From: Mantamonas sphyraenae STR306
Lineage: Eukaryota > Protista > CRuMs
Direction of reading: 5' to 3'
Assembly: GCA_026936335.1 (NCBI GenBank)
Contig: JAPMXV010000031.1
Coordinates: 310,001 to 374,000 of the forward strand
DNA length: 64,000 bases
Shown: positions 1 through 13,200 of the stretch, piece after piece
Layout of the letters: each line of letters starts with the position of its first letter
Numbering within the stretch: position 1 is the first letter of the stretch
Notes under the pieces: model-generated
Told to the model about the DNA's origin: nothing
The model's database searches: none
The model's input: the letters and a program-made list of their open reading frames with translations, nothing else
Program-made: the position numbers and the translations under genes

Positions 1-1420
1 TGTCCTTCCACTCTGTCTTTTGCTGCTTGCGCAATTGCACCTCTTCGTCCCACGCCTGCTTTGTTTCCGCCAGCCTCTCCTTGGTGTCCTGCAATGCATC
101 CTGCAACTCCCTTTCCCTGGCCAACGCCGCCTGAAGCCTGTCCTCCAACCCCATGCGGATGCTGCCAAACTTTGCATAATCATCCAGCAGACGCGAACGA
201 GCCATGGCTTCGCTACGCACCACCTCGTTCATCCCCTGATTGGTCAGTTTCAACGATCGGATGGTCTCCTCCAGCTCTTCGATGCGTGTGTCCTTGGCAT
301 GCACGGTGTCACGCAGTCCGTCGATGGTCCCCTGCAACTCCTTCAACCGCTCCACGTTGCGTTTGTTCTGCTTGTTCTCGTTGATATACAGGGAGGAGGT
401 TTCACGCAGTTCAAACTCAAGGGCCCGTTTCACCTGCGTCAACTCCTCCACGTCGCGGCTGCTCATGGCGTTGCTCGATTTCTTGCTGTCCAGCTCCGCA
501 CGCAGGTCACGAATGATTTCCACCAGCCGTTGCTGCTTCTTTGCCTCTTCTCCCATGGCATGGTTCATCTGCGCAATCTTTGTGTCGTACTGCGAGTTGG
601 TTTGCAGCAGTTTGGCCCGTTCCGCGTGCCAGCCTTCCGTTTCCCCCAACAGATCCTGGATGCGAGCAGCCAACATGTCGTTCTTCCTCTCCAGGTCATG
701 GGCTCGCACCTGGGTCTTGGACCAGCCTGCACTCACACGCACCAGGCTGTTCTTGACCCGCACCAGCTCCCGAAGTTTGTCCTCGTGCCGTTCGCTCATC
801 TCCTTGTGGTTCATGTACAACAGGTACACCCCTGCACGCAACGACGTCATGTCCAGTCTCTTTCTCCGTGTCCTCCGTGTCTCATTCCGTCCCTTTTTCT
901 TCTCCTTCGGAATCAACTCCAGTTCCGTCAGCAGCTCGCGCACTTTGTTGTCCAACTTCGCCTCCTCCAGGCCCTCTGGCATGCGTGTGTTCCACCCACG
1001 TGCTCGATGCACTGCAAGCACACTCTCCAAACTCAGCTCCGAGTCCAGAAACTCCGTGTTGGTCACAGACGTCCCTGCCAGCGTCGGAACCTGCACCGTC
1101 ACCGAACCCCTCCTCCGTCCGGGCGACCTTCCCGCTCCGGGCGACACCGATGAACTGCCACCCAACGTCGACTCAAACAGAAATGGTGGCGACTGTCGTC
1201 CACTCGATGATGGCGACGATGTGCGTGACCACCCTGACGACGACGCCGTCGAGGTCATCGGCTCCAAAAGAGCCGTTGATTCGCCGCCTTCCACCTCCCT
1301 ATGCGACGACGATGCCTCTTCATCGTCAGCGGTCCCCGTCCCATTCTGCTCCGTATGTATTTGCACCGTCTCCTGCTCCTGTTCCACCTCCTGGGCGCTC
1401 TCCTCGGCGATCGGGTCCAT
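1..1420 (-). CDS. Long coiled-coil protein, 3' end runs off the window
   Basis: Minus-strand frame is open from ATG at 1420 (MDPIAEESAQEVEQ...) to the window edge. Ser-rich N-terminus, then heptad-rich E/K/L/R sequence (…VERLKELQGTIDGLRDTVHAKDTRIEELEE…). Missing from the ORF track because there is no stop in the window. Confidence 0.75.
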   Translation of the reverse strand, partial: MDPIAEESAQEVEQEQETVQIHTEQNGTGTADDEEASSSHREVEGGESTALLEPMTSTASSSGWSRTSSPSSSGRQSPPFLFESTLGGSSSVSPGAGRSPGRRRGSVTVQVPTLAGTSVTNTEFLDSELSLESVLAVHRARGWNTRMPEGLEEAKLDNKVRELLTELELIPKEKKKGRNETRRTRRKRLDMTSLRAGVYLLYMNHKEMSERHEDKLRELVRVKNSLVRVSAGWSKTQVRAHDLERKNDMLAARIQDLLGETEGWHAERAKLLQTNSQYDTKIAQMNHAMGEEAKKQQRLVEIIRDLRAELDSKKSSNAMSSRDVEELTQVKRALEFELRETSSLYINENKQNKRNVERLKELQGTIDGLRDTVHAKDTRIEELEETIRSLKLTNQGMNEVVRSEAMARSRLLDDYAKFGSIRMGLEDRLQAALARERELQDALQDTKERLAETKQAWDEEVQLRKQQKTEWKD

Positions 1421-1501
1421 GGCTTCGTTTGGCGGCGTCGGCGGCGGCGGCGGCAACGACCACAACCACCACTGCCCACATCGTGAGACACCACCACCAA
1501 A

Positions 1502-2286
1502 ATGACCACCGGGTATCGTCCCCTCCATGCCTCGCTGACGATGATGATGATGATGATGATTGCAGCTGTGCTGTGCCTGAGTGTGTGCACCGCGCTGGCG
1601 GCTGATGCGGCGTGGGAAGAGCACGAGCGCAACGTGCGCAACACTCTGCCCGACTATGGCAAACCAGAGACCCAACGCAAGCTGAAATGTTCCGGCTGCC
1701 AGGCTGTGGCTGTGGAGATCCGTGATGCACTGGTCAAACGACGTGCCAAGGCTGCCCCTGTCCACGAGTGGGACTATGACGAGATCTTTGAGCGTGTCTG
1801 CAACCAGGATCTGGAACAGTACGGACTGCAGCTGCGCAACAACAAGCCCACCACGGTGAGTATCGGAGAGTGTGTGCGAGAGAGAGCCACCAGGGACAAC
1901 GGATACACACATGGACAGTGTTGCGAGACGTGTGAATGGAGCGTGGGAGACCCGCAGAGTGTGCTGACGTCAGTTTCCGCCGCCACCGCAGGTGTTTTCC
2001 AAAGACACACGCATCAGCCGGGCCAACGGAAAGTAGGTTTCCCATAGAGTGACGAGGGGGAGAGACATGCCAAGGGTACAAGGGTACGCTGACACACAAT
2101 GACACCTGCAGCTGGATGGGCCCGTTTCTGAAGAAGCTGTGTGGGGATCTGGTGGGCGAGTACGACCAGGAGCTGATTGAGCTGAAGAACATGGATGGGT
2201 TTGTGGACGACGTGTGCCACTCCATCCTGGAAGTGTGTGATGCAGGCGCTGAGTTGCAGGATACCGTGCACAAGGACGAGCTGTGA
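1502..2286 (+). CDS. Canopy/MZB1-like ER saposin-fold protein (DUF3456), 3 exons
   Basis: Signal peptide, LKCSGCQAVAVEI motif and further conserved Cys. Introns 1856-1991 and 2033-2111 (GT-AG) join in frame to an exon ending ...TVHKDEL-stop (ER retention signal). Confidence 0.8.
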
Positions 2287-2435
2287 TCATTTGCCCAACA
2301 CCCCACACAACACACACAACAAACGCTTTCCCCCAAAAAACCCCTCTCTCTCTCTCTCTTTCGTGTTGCACTGTACTGCATAGCATGGCATTGCATTGGT
2401 TTGTTGAACCGTTGCAACTCCCCTCCGTCCCTCTA

Positions 2436-4077
<1,642 letters not shown>

Positions 4078-4108
4078 CAGGTGTTTGTGTGGCGCCACGA
4101 GCGCCAAC

Positions 4109-5350
4109 ATGGAGCACAAGAAGGACGATTCGGAAGGAGAGGAAAAGGGAAGAGAGGAGGAAGAGGGTGAGAAGAAGGAGGTGTTGGAATGGGGAAGGGC
4201 AGCGAACGAATGGGAGGCGGAACTGCTGGCGGAAGGCCTGCTGGAGTTGGACGAGGAGAACGACGACGATGAAGAGCACACGGGAGACACGGGGACAAGC
4301 AGAGACACAGTGCACATTACACACTTGCCTGAAGAGGTGATTCTGCTGATCCTACGCCATCTGGACAGGAGTAGCCTGCGTAGCGTGGCGCAGAGTGGCA
4401 ACGAACGGTTGTTTGCCTGTGCCAACGACGCCACACTGTTGCACACGCTGTGGCTGAAGGAAGACCTGGGACTCAAGGATGTGGTGGACACGAAACACCT
4501 GTTGCGTGTGAACAGCTCGCAGCAGTGGCACATGGGCAACTGCAAGACGGTGCTGTATGCAGAGACACCCGAGAACGACATGGTGTTGACACGTGAGGCA
4601 GCCACCTTGATGGTGACCGATCTGTGTCCTCGGTTGCACAGTTTGGAACTCAGTGGGGCCAATTGGGCAACAGAGAGTGCCCTGCGGGAGCTGTTGTCCC
4701 TTGCTCCGTCCCTGCACACGCTCACCCTGCGACGGTGTCGTCGCATCAGCACACGCGGTGTGTTGCATCTCATCCAACAATTTGGCGTCCATTGCCACGT
4801 GAGTCGTGTCTCCATTCGCGACGATTCGTTGGACGACGAGGAGATCCTTCAGCTGGCCGCGCACACAGATGGCTACCGATCACTGGACATGTGCAACAGC
4901 ATCCGCGTGTCTTCCAAGGCCATTGCTGCCCTGTTGGACGGGGCCACTGACCTGGTGGCGGTGGACATGGGCAATGTGGCTGGATTCGACGATGTTTGTG
5001 CGCGCACGGTGGCTGAGCAAACAACCTCCCTGGCCACCCTGGACGTGAGCTTCACCAGTGTGACACCGTTGGGACTCAAGGACATCCTCATGGGATGTCC
5101 CTTGGCTGTGTTGAGTGTGGCAGGCACAGCCATGTCTGGGGAGGAGCTGGCCCTGTGTCTGGAGCTGCCCAACCTCCACACCCTGGATCTGTCGCATTGT
5201 TTGGACGTGGGCATCGACGCATTGACTCGTTTCCTGGAACAAGTGGGCAAACAGTTCCGCGTGTGTGATGTCAGCCAAATGGGACTGAGCAATGGTCAGC
5301 TACGGCAGCTGCACGGTTTGTTTCCACACATTGCCCTCATTCGGTTCTGA
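4109..5350 (+). CDS. F-box/leucine-rich repeat protein
   Basis: F-box (ITHLPEEVILLILRHLDRSSL...) followed by cysteine-containing LRRs (LHSLELSG, LHTLTLRRC, LATLDVSFT, LHTLDLSHC). Confidence 0.85.
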   Translation: MEHKKDDSEGEEKGREEEEGEKKEVLEWGRAANEWEAELLAEGLLELDEENDDDEEHTGDTGTSRDTVHITHLPEEVILLILRHLDRSSLRSVAQSGNERLFACANDATLLHTLWLKEDLGLKDVVDTKHLLRVNSSQQWHMGNCKTVLYAETPENDMVLTREAATLMVTDLCPRLHSLELSGANWATESALRELLSLAPSLHTLTLRRCRRISTRGVLHLIQQFGVHCHVSRVSIRDDSLDDEEILQLAAHTDGYRSLDMCNSIRVSSKAIAALLDGATDLVAVDMGNVAGFDDVCARTVAEQTTSLATLDVSFTSVTPLGLKDILMGCPLAVLSVAGTAMSGEELALCLELPNLHTLDLSHCLDVGIDALTRFLEQVGKQFRVCDVSQMGLSNGQLRQLHGLFPHIALIRF

Positions 5351-5482
5351 TGACGACGATGACGACGATGACGACGATGGGGGGTGTGTCTCGTCGATCC
5401 ATTCTCTCTTCATGCCTTGGTTCCGGTGGAGTGGATGCATCCATGGTTCATGGTGATGCGCGTGTGCCACCAGACGAACGTG

Positions 5483-7031
5483 ATGTCGAGCCGCCGCACG
5501 CCGAGAAAGCAGACGCCGAAGAAGAGCAGCAGCAGCAGCAGCAGCAGCAGCGTCGGCAAGGGGGTGGCAACGGGAAGCAGCAAAAAGAGCAGCAGCAGCA
5601 AGGTGGGCAAGGTCAGCAAGAGTAGCAAGAGCAATGTGGCCAAGAGCAGCAGCAGCAGCAGCAAGAGCAGCAGCAAGAGCAGCACGAAGAAGCAGCTGCT
5701 GAGCAAGAAGGCGGAGGCGGCAAAGGAACGAAAGGCCCTGGTGGAGGAGGAAGAGGACCAGGATGGCGATGTAGGACCGGCGGCTGCATACAAGGTCACA
5801 CTGGCACGCTGTCCGCGCAGCAAGATGAACGAGGCGGTCGGGGCGCTGCTGAAACACGTGCGCAAAGTCGAGGCGGAACGAGCCAGCAACGCAGCCAATC
5901 TCTTTGCCGACGACGACGACGACTTTCTCTGGCTCCAGCTTGCCATCAAAAAGGTGCCCATGCAGAGGCGGATCAAACCATTGCAAATGTGAGTGTGTGT
6001 CCATGTGCCTCATGCCTCCTGTGTGTCGTTGTGCCCATTGTCTCTGGCTTTGGGTTCCCTGTGCCGTGCACCCTGGACACGTGCATGCGCCAGGCTCTTC
6101 AATCCGCTCCACCCACCATCCCCACTTGTCTCGTTCCCTGTGCCCCCCAGTTCCCCGCCATGCAGTGTCCCTTGGCCCATCCTCTCGTCACCCGCGCGTG
6201 TGATTGCCTGTGTGACGCTGGCTCGCCCTGTGCAGGTGTCTGCCTCGACACGTCGTCCGTCGCGGACGCCGATTTTCACGACGCACACGGATTTTTGTGC
6301 AGCAGGACGAGAGGCAATGGGGTGTGGATGGGATGATGGGATGGGATGGATGTGTGTCTGCATGGGAATGGGTGTGTGTGTGTGTGATGCGTCAGATGCT
6401 CGGGGGAAGTGGGGCATCCCCAAGGTGTGGCATGCGTGACAACTGACACTCGAGTGTGGTGTGTGTGTGTGTGTGTGCTCTCCCTGCCCACAGACCTCTC
6501 CGGCATTCGATCCACCGTGCAGAGAGGACGCGTGTGTGTCTGATTGTGAAGGACCCTCAGAGCGAGTGGAAGCAGAGGTGTGTGGACGAGGGGGCGTCTG
6601 TGGACAAGGTGTTGGGGGTGAAACAGCTGAAGAACAACTACAAGGCATACGAGACGAAGCGACAGTTGTGTGCAGACTACGATCTGTTCCTGGCCGACGA
6701 TCGGGTCATTCCTCTGCTGGCCAAGTTGCTGGGCAAGCGCTTCTTTGCGGCCAAGAAGCTGCCCGTGGCCGTGAGGTTGACCAAGAAGAAGATTGGGCCT
6801 GTGATCAACCAGGCCATCGACTCCACCTTTTTCCATGGCAGCACAGGAAGCACGTATTCCATTCGATTCGGTCGCACCGACATGGACGACAGGAAGCTGG
6901 TGGCCAACCTGCTGGCCGTCATCAGCGCCGTGGTCGACCACATCCCCAACAAGTGGCGCAATGTCCATGCCATGTACATCAAGACCAACTCATCGGTGGC
7001 ATTGCCCATCTATCGGGCCAAGAAGGATTGA
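5483..7031 (+). CDS. RSL1D1: Ribosomal L1 domain-containing nucleolar protein (RSL1D1/Utp30/Cic1-like)
   Basis: AVGALLKH...FLWLQL in exon 1. Intron 5989-6493. Exon 2 has VCLIVKD, YDLFLADDRVIPLLAKLLGKRFF, KWRNVHAMYIKTNSSVALPIY. Confidence 0.88.
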
Positions 7032-7176
7032 GGTTGTTGATTGAAGGCCACTTTCGTCGGAGAAGGAATTGGGAAATGGAAATGGGGTGCAAATGGCCAC
7101 TTGTGGATTGAATTGGGAGGAGTGAGGAGGAACGGATATGGATACGAACGAGATGTGATGATGATGATGGTTGGGT

Positions 7177-8294
7177 TCAGAAGATGGTCATGATGGAAAA
7201 TGTGCAGTAGAAGAGGGCGACGGGGTAGCCGACAAGGAGGCGCTGTTGCTGCATGGCCAGGACAGCCACAAACATGACAGTGGCACTGTAGGTGCACCAG
7301 GCAATGCTGAGTCCAGCCAGGAGATAGCCAAGCCAGAACTTGAGGGAGACAAAGACGGCAAAGACGGAGAGGATGACGGTGGGCAGGAGGCAGTACCCCA
7401 GCACGGAAAACACACGCCACACGTCGATCCCATCCTCACTCATCAGATTCAGAAGCGCATACAGAGACATACATCCAATGACCCCAATGCCATAGATGTA
7501 GTTGAAGTGCAGCTTGCCTGCTGCCATCAGCAGGAAGCCCAACGCCACCACAAACACCAGCGGCCCAGCCACATCCGTGTCGTCCATGATGTGCGAGTCC
7601 ACAGGCGTCCATGGTGTCAACACACTCTTGCTCTTGTACATGATATGTTCAAAGTTGATCCCAAGCTCTGTGTTGTGTGTGGGTGTGGGTGTGGGTGTGG
7701 GTGACGTCAGCGCGCGGGTCTTCAAACGGTTCGTCCGCCTGGTTGGGTGGGTGGGTGGGTGGGGAGAAGGTGTATGAATGACACAGTGGATGGGAGTGGG
7801 GGAGGGAGGGGGGATGGGACACACCACGGACCTTCAAGCAGAGGTGGTTCGTCCTCTTCGTCGTCGCTGTCGTCGTCGTCGTTGGGTTGGAAATGGCCGC
7901 CCTGGCCAGCCGCGAATGCGCCTGTGAAGGAGCCGAAAAACGAGCCAGAGGAGGCAGCAGACGGGGCTGACGATGATGACAGGCCCTGGTCTGAAAACAT
8001 GCTTGTGGGACTCATGGCCCTGCGTGCCTTGACCGCATGTGTGTTGGATCCCACCGTGGACGGGGTGGGCATGGGTTCGCCCGAGGCGCCTGTGCCACGG
8101 TGACCACTGTCGCTGCTGCTGACAAAGTCCAGGCCCGATGCAGCACCAGCAGCAGACGCCGGGGCTGTGTTTGCAGCCACGCCACCAGACTCACCCAGGG
8201 ACAGCTGGGACTTGAGTGACCCAGAGTCTTCCACAAAGGAGGAAAAGTTGCGCGATGCCCGTTTGGGGTTGGTGGTGTTGATCACCGGCTGCAT
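7177..8294 (-). CDS. YIPF5: Yip1-domain family membrane protein (YIPF5/7-like), 2 exons
   Basis: DEPPLLE|ELGINFEHI across an intron, DTDVAGPL, GKLHFNYIYG, SVLGYCLLP, LVGYPVALFY. Confidence 0.9.
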
Positions 8295-8426
8295 GACGAT
8301 GGATGGGAGGGTTGGGTTGGGTTGGTGACACATGCGCCCACTTCAATCACAAGAACTCCACACACACACACACACACACACAAATGGGGGATGGTAGGAT
8401 GCCACACAGGGTGCAATGGATGGATT

Positions 8427-9515
8427 TCAGAGTTTGGCAAGATGAAAGCGAACGCGTGGTTGCTTTCGCAGCATTGCAGCACACACCTCTGCGGTCATGT
8501 CCCGTTGGGGATCAGCCATGAGTTCGTAGCCTACCATGTGTTTCTTGACAGTGGCCGAACGGAGGAGGGGAGGGGCAAAGTGCATGTGCCAGTGGAAGGT
8601 GGGATGGTCCTGTCCGTCGGTGGGAGCCTGATGGATGCCACTGCTGTAGGGGAATTGACACCGAAACAGGTTGTCGTAGATGACAGTGACCGTGTGGATG
8701 GCCTGGGCATAGGCCCTGATTGCCATGGGGTCGTCTTCCATGTGCAGGAGTGTGGTGGCATGGCGGCGAGGCAACAGCAGCACCTCAAAGGGCCACACTG
8801 CCCAGTAGGGCACCAGGGCCACAAAGTGACTGTTGGCATAGACCAGTCGATGGCCCAGTTGCAACTCCTTGGCCACATAGGCACACAGGAGGCACACCCC
8901 ATGTGTGGCATGCCATCGTTCAAGGCTGGCCACTTCCCGTTGGGGCAGGTCTGGCACACTCGACTGAGCCCACACCTGACAATGGGGATGGGGATTCGAA
9001 CATCCCATCATGGCTCCTTTGTTCTCAAAGATCTGCACGTGGTTCACATGCTGGAGAGTGCCCAGCTCCTTGAATTGGGCCTGCCACGTACGCACCACCC
9101 CCGCTATGCTCTCCACATCCATGTGGGCCAATGTCACGTCATGTCTGGGTGAGAAACACACCACACGACACACCCCACTCTCTTCCTTTTGCACAAACAA
9201 TGTGTCCCCTGTCTCACTGAGCCTGTGTTGTTGTTGTTGATCACCTCCCCCGTCCCCCTCCTCCTCCTCCTCCTCCGAGGGTGGTTTGAGTGCCGCAAAG
9301 TCATTGTCAAACACAAATGTCCCTGTGTATTCTGGATTGCGTGTTCCCGACGATCGCATGTTGCCTGGGCACAGGTAGCAACGCGGGTCGTACTGCGGAA
9401 GCACCTCACTTGTTTCTTCCTCCACCTGCCCCTGCCAAGGACGTTTGGCTCGATGGGGACAGCACAGCACCCACTTGTCCTGGAGTAGATCCAATCGACG
9501 GTGGGTCCGACTCAT
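8427..9515 (-). CDS. GALT: Galactose-1-phosphate uridylyltransferase
   Basis: HRAKRPWQG, CYLCPGN, FDNDFAAL, FENKGAMMGCSNPHPHCQ active-site motif, PPLLRSATVKKHMVGYE. Confidence 0.96.
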   Translation of the reverse strand: MSRTHRRLDLLQDKWVLCCPHRAKRPWQGQVEEETSEVLPQYDPRCYLCPGNMRSSGTRNPEYTGTFVFDNDFAALKPPSEEEEEEGDGGGDQQQQHRLSETGDTLFVQKEESGVCRVVCFSPRHDVTLAHMDVESIAGVVRTWQAQFKELGTLQHVNHVQIFENKGAMMGCSNPHPHCQVWAQSSVPDLPQREVASLERWHATHGVCLLCAYVAKELQLGHRLVYANSHFVALVPYWAVWPFEVLLLPRRHATTLLHMEDDPMAIRAYAQAIHTVTVIYDNLFRCQFPYSSGIHQAPTDGQDHPTFHWHMHFAPPLLRSATVKKHMVGYELMADPQRDMTAEVCAAMLRKQPRVRFHLAKL

Positions 9516-9577
9516 TGTGACAGGTGTGTGTGTGTGTTTGTTTGTGTCCCCGGCGCTCACAAGCAATCCCCCCCAAA

Positions 9578-11383
9578 ATGTCACAGCCCCTTGGTGGAGA
9601 CCAGACCTCACAAGGGGATGGTATATCATTCGTAACATCATCATCATCGTCATCGTCATCGGGTGGATCCCTCTTTACGGGTGGACGACGTCGTTCCAAC
9701 AATCGACGATCCTCGCGCAGCCGGGAACGCCAGAATCGCTTTGGGGGCAACACCAGCAGTGTGTTTGGAGGGGGCGACCGCAGCAACACCGGGTTTGGGG
9801 CCAGCTTTGGCAGCAGCAGCAGCAGCAGCAGTGGAAGCAGCAGCAGCAGTAGCAGCAGTAGCAGCAGCGGGGACAATGGGGAAGTGGCAGAGGAAGCGTG
9901 GGTTGAGGAAGCCAAGGCCAAGAAGGAGGCAGGGGAAACGGAATGGGTGCAGCATCCGGAAGCACACCAAACATCCTTCCCTGGGTTTACACGCACAGAC
10001 ATTGGGACAGTGTTGATGAATGATTCCAGCAACATCATGGTGGAGCACACCGACGGCATTTCCGACCTGGCTGTGCAGGACCAGTCCAACCTCTTTGCCT
10101 TTTCCTCCTGGGATGGCTCTGTGTCCATCTACTCCCCCAATGACCACAAGGATGCCGCTCGCGTGTACGAGTTTCCCTCTCTCCACTCCAAACCCAACCC
10201 CGTGCTCTCTCTGTCCTTCCACAACTCTCGCCCAGTCAGTTTCCCTCTCCCCTCCCCACCCATTCCCCCCCCCCCACTTCCTTGCCTTCCCCGCACCCAA
10301 CCACTGACACAGATCACCATCCATCATCCCACCCCTTCCTTGCTTCTCCTTTTGGGTGTTGTCTCTCATCCATGTCCTCGTAGGTCCTGTACTACGGTGA
10401 TGCGAGTGGCCAGATCACAGCCGTCGATTGCCGCATTGGCCAGGAGATTCAGGGCCCGCGTGCCTCGGCCTCGTCCCCCATCTCCCACGTGGGTGCCTAC
10501 ACTCACGAATCCCTCATGGCTTACTCTACCTTCAGTGGCGATGTGTGTCTGTGGGATGTCCGTTCGCCAGAAAAGGCGTACACTGTGCATATCAGGTGCG
10601 TTTGTGGTGTGTGTTGGCAAGCACAACTCCCTTCCCTCCCCTCACACCCATTCCCATTGAACACACACACACACACACACCAGTGACGAGAGCCTAGTGT
10701 CCTTTGACATCCGTGGAGACAACATCGTGTGTGCTGGTGGAGGATCCAGCATCTGGTTCCTGGACGTACGCAACCTCAGCAGTGGCAGCACCATCCCAAC
10801 TCCCGTATGTACCACCTCGCCCCTCCCCTGTCCCTTCCCCCTCCCCCCTTCCCCCTTCATCACTCTCTCGGTGACCAATTCGCTCACACCCCCATCCCCA
10901 CAGCACACCAAAATGTCCACTCCCAACCGGGTCGTGCGCATGATGCCACGCGACAGCGGATATGCACTGGGTGGCCACGAAGGACGCGTGGCCATCGAGT
11001 ACTGCACGGTGGATAGTGCCGAGCAACAGGCCAACAACAGGTCCAGCTTCATCTTCAAATGCCATCGCGAAGGCAACGACGTCTACCCGGTCAACGACAT
11101 CTGCTTCAACTCCGAAGGCACCTTTGCCACTGTCGGCGCAAACGGTTCCTACTGCTTCTGGGACAAGGACAGCAAGCAACGCCTCAAGAATTCCCAGCGC
11201 TACCCTTTCCCCATCGTCAAGGGCAAGTTCCTCGAGAACCAGAACCTGTTTCTCTTTGCCGTCAGCTACGACTGGAGCAAAGGCAGCCAGTTCTACAGCA
11301 AGGAGGCGCCAAACCTCATCTGCGCACGCTTGTTGCATACAAACGAGGTGCGCGCACGAAACAACCACCGGGGGCGACGTTGA
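9578..11383 (+). CDS. RAE1: mRNA export factor RAE1/Gle2-like WD40 protein, multi-exon
   Basis: DGISDLA...SSWDGSV, EGRVAIEY, FIFKCHR, VYPVNDICF, TFATVGANGSYCFWDKDSKQRLK, FAVSYDWSKG. Several GT-AG introns. Confidence 0.88.
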
Positions 11384-11518
11384 CGTCGAGGGATGCCGGA
11401 AGCGGCGATTGTATTGTAAAATTTGATTCATCTAGAAATCTATCCGTACAACCATGTCGATGGATTTGCCTCTCAATCAAAATTCAAATGTTACATTGCT
11501 AGGTTGAACCGTGTCCCA

Positions 11519-12991
11519 TCACCGTATGCTGCTACTGTTGGCGTTGACAATGCCAAACAGACTCAGTATCCTGTTGCAACCGAGCCACCAGCCAGCGGCG
11601 AGCATGACGGCCGTGGCAAGGAGCACGTGGGACAGGCTGCCCAGATCATACGGAGTTCCGTGGAGCACCAGCCCGCGCTCCGGTGTCAAGATGGGCACAT
11701 GCGTCGACTGGTCACCCAAGTAGGTCAGAGAGCCGCTGCACAGTGGCTCCTCCTGCACGACATTGTGCCACAGCTGCCGCATCTTGTCCAACGACACAGG
11801 GTGTGCAGTCAGCATGTGCTGCTTGCAGTACTCCTGGTTGAAGCGCATGTCGTGCACTCGCGTAATGTTCAGCGGCGTCAGCCAGATGCCCACGTTGGCA
11901 TCCTCGTTGCGGAGGATGCGCAGCGGTGCAAGGCTTGACTCAGCGTTCTTGACAATCCACACCACCAGGTCGTTGGACAGCACGTACGCCGAACCAGAGG
12001 CATAGCGTGGAAAGTAGGGAGCATCGCGGTAGATGTCGTAGTTCTTGTCGGTGGGGTCTGTGCGCACCTTGGCCTCTTCGTGGAACCAACCCCAGTAGAG
12101 CCTGGGAAAAGGGGTGCCCACAGGAGGCAACACGTTGACGGCGCCCAGCTCTGCATTGACCTTTGCATACTGTCTGCTGAGATAGGAGTAGTCGTTTGTG
12201 TGGAGGAGCTCGTTGACCACCCTGTTGACGCGCACAAAGGCGTCGTCGTCCACCTTGAGCAAGTAGTCAAAGTCAAAGTTGGCCACCGTCCAGCGCATGA
12301 GCTCCAGTGTCTTGTCACTCAGTTTGATATACTCGTCTGGTGTGTTCAGTTGCACAATGTCCTCGTGCTGCTGCATCTCCTTGCTCAGCGCTCGCAGGTG
12401 GGCTGCCTTGAGCAGGGCCAACGACCCAATGCTGCGTTGGCCGATGAAGAAGCGAAACACATATCGGTGGTCGGTGATTTTGTCCAACAGGTTCGCCCAT
12501 GTGTTGCGTATCATTTTGCGTCGTTCCACGTTTGAGAACGACGTCACCACGGCCACCACCACCGTGTGCCGCACCCCCGAACCCCTGCCGAACCGACCCC
12601 TCACCTTGGCCATCCCTTGAGCATGTCGCTTCTGCGCCAACTCATGCAATTGCATGGCCAAGTCCACTCGGATTGGCCTGCCTTCTTCCATCAGCACTCG
12701 TCTCCTCCCATCCCGCACCTGTTCCTGCTGCCCCAATGTAGTCTTTGCACACATTTTCTGCTCCCCAGTGATCTCCCCACCCTTCCCCTCCCCTTCCCCT
12801 GTCCTTTCCTCCTCATCCAAACTTGTCCGTGGCTGTATTGTATGGTCCACTGTGTCGTCCATGCTCTCTGTTGTCTCCCACGATGCCTCGGCTTTGTGGA
12901 AACCACGCGCAGCCTTGGCCTTGTTGCCTTCCCCTTGTCCACGGCTACACACGCACAGAAGCAACACCAGCAGCCATAGTAGCGTCTGCAT
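11519..12991 (-). CDS. GT31 family beta-1,3-galactosyltransferase-like protein
   Basis: ERRKMIRNTW, YLLKVDDDAFV (DxD), YWGWF, FPRYASGSAYVLSNDLV, NEDANVGIWL. N-terminal signal-like segment MQTLLWLLVLLLCVC. Confidence 0.88.
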   Translation of the reverse strand: MQTLLWLLVLLLCVCSRGQGEGNKAKAARGFHKAEASWETTESMDDTVDHTIQPRTSLDEEERTGEGEGKGGEITGEQKMCAKTTLGQQEQVRDGRRRVLMEEGRPIRVDLAMQLHELAQKRHAQGMAKVRGRFGRGSGVRHTVVVAVVTSFSNVERRKMIRNTWANLLDKITDHRYVFRFFIGQRSIGSLALLKAAHLRALSKEMQQHEDIVQLNTPDEYIKLSDKTLELMRWTVANFDFDYLLKVDDDAFVRVNRVVNELLHTNDYSYLSRQYAKVNAELGAVNVLPPVGTPFPRLYWGWFHEEAKVRTDPTDKNYDIYRDAPYFPRYASGSAYVLSNDLVVWIVKNAESSLAPLRILRNEDANVGIWLTPLNITRVHDMRFNQEYCKQHMLTAHPVSLDKMRQLWHNVVQEEPLCSGSLTYLGDQSTHVPILTPERGLVLHGTPYDLGSLSHVLLATAVMLAAGWWLGCNRILSLFGIVNANSSSIR

Positions 12992-13200
12992 ACGTGTCTC
13001 CCATGTGTGTCTTCCTATGCCGTGCCGTCTCCATTGTGCAACACGCATTGCGGGAAGACGGCCAAAAGTGTGGGTGCCTGTGCGCGTGTTGCCGGTTTTG
13101 ATTCGCCACGTGCATGTGCAATGTCCACACACACACCCACACCCACACCCACCCACACATATTCTCCAAATCATCATCATCATCATCACTCGCCATCACG

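Noticed and set aside
5520-5700. AGC/CAG, GAC and GTT trinucleotide arrays here and at ~9810-9870, 62720-62760, 63620-63660
   Set aside because: Low-complexity coding repeats (poly-Ser/Asp/Thr), not CRISPR arrays or mobile repeats.
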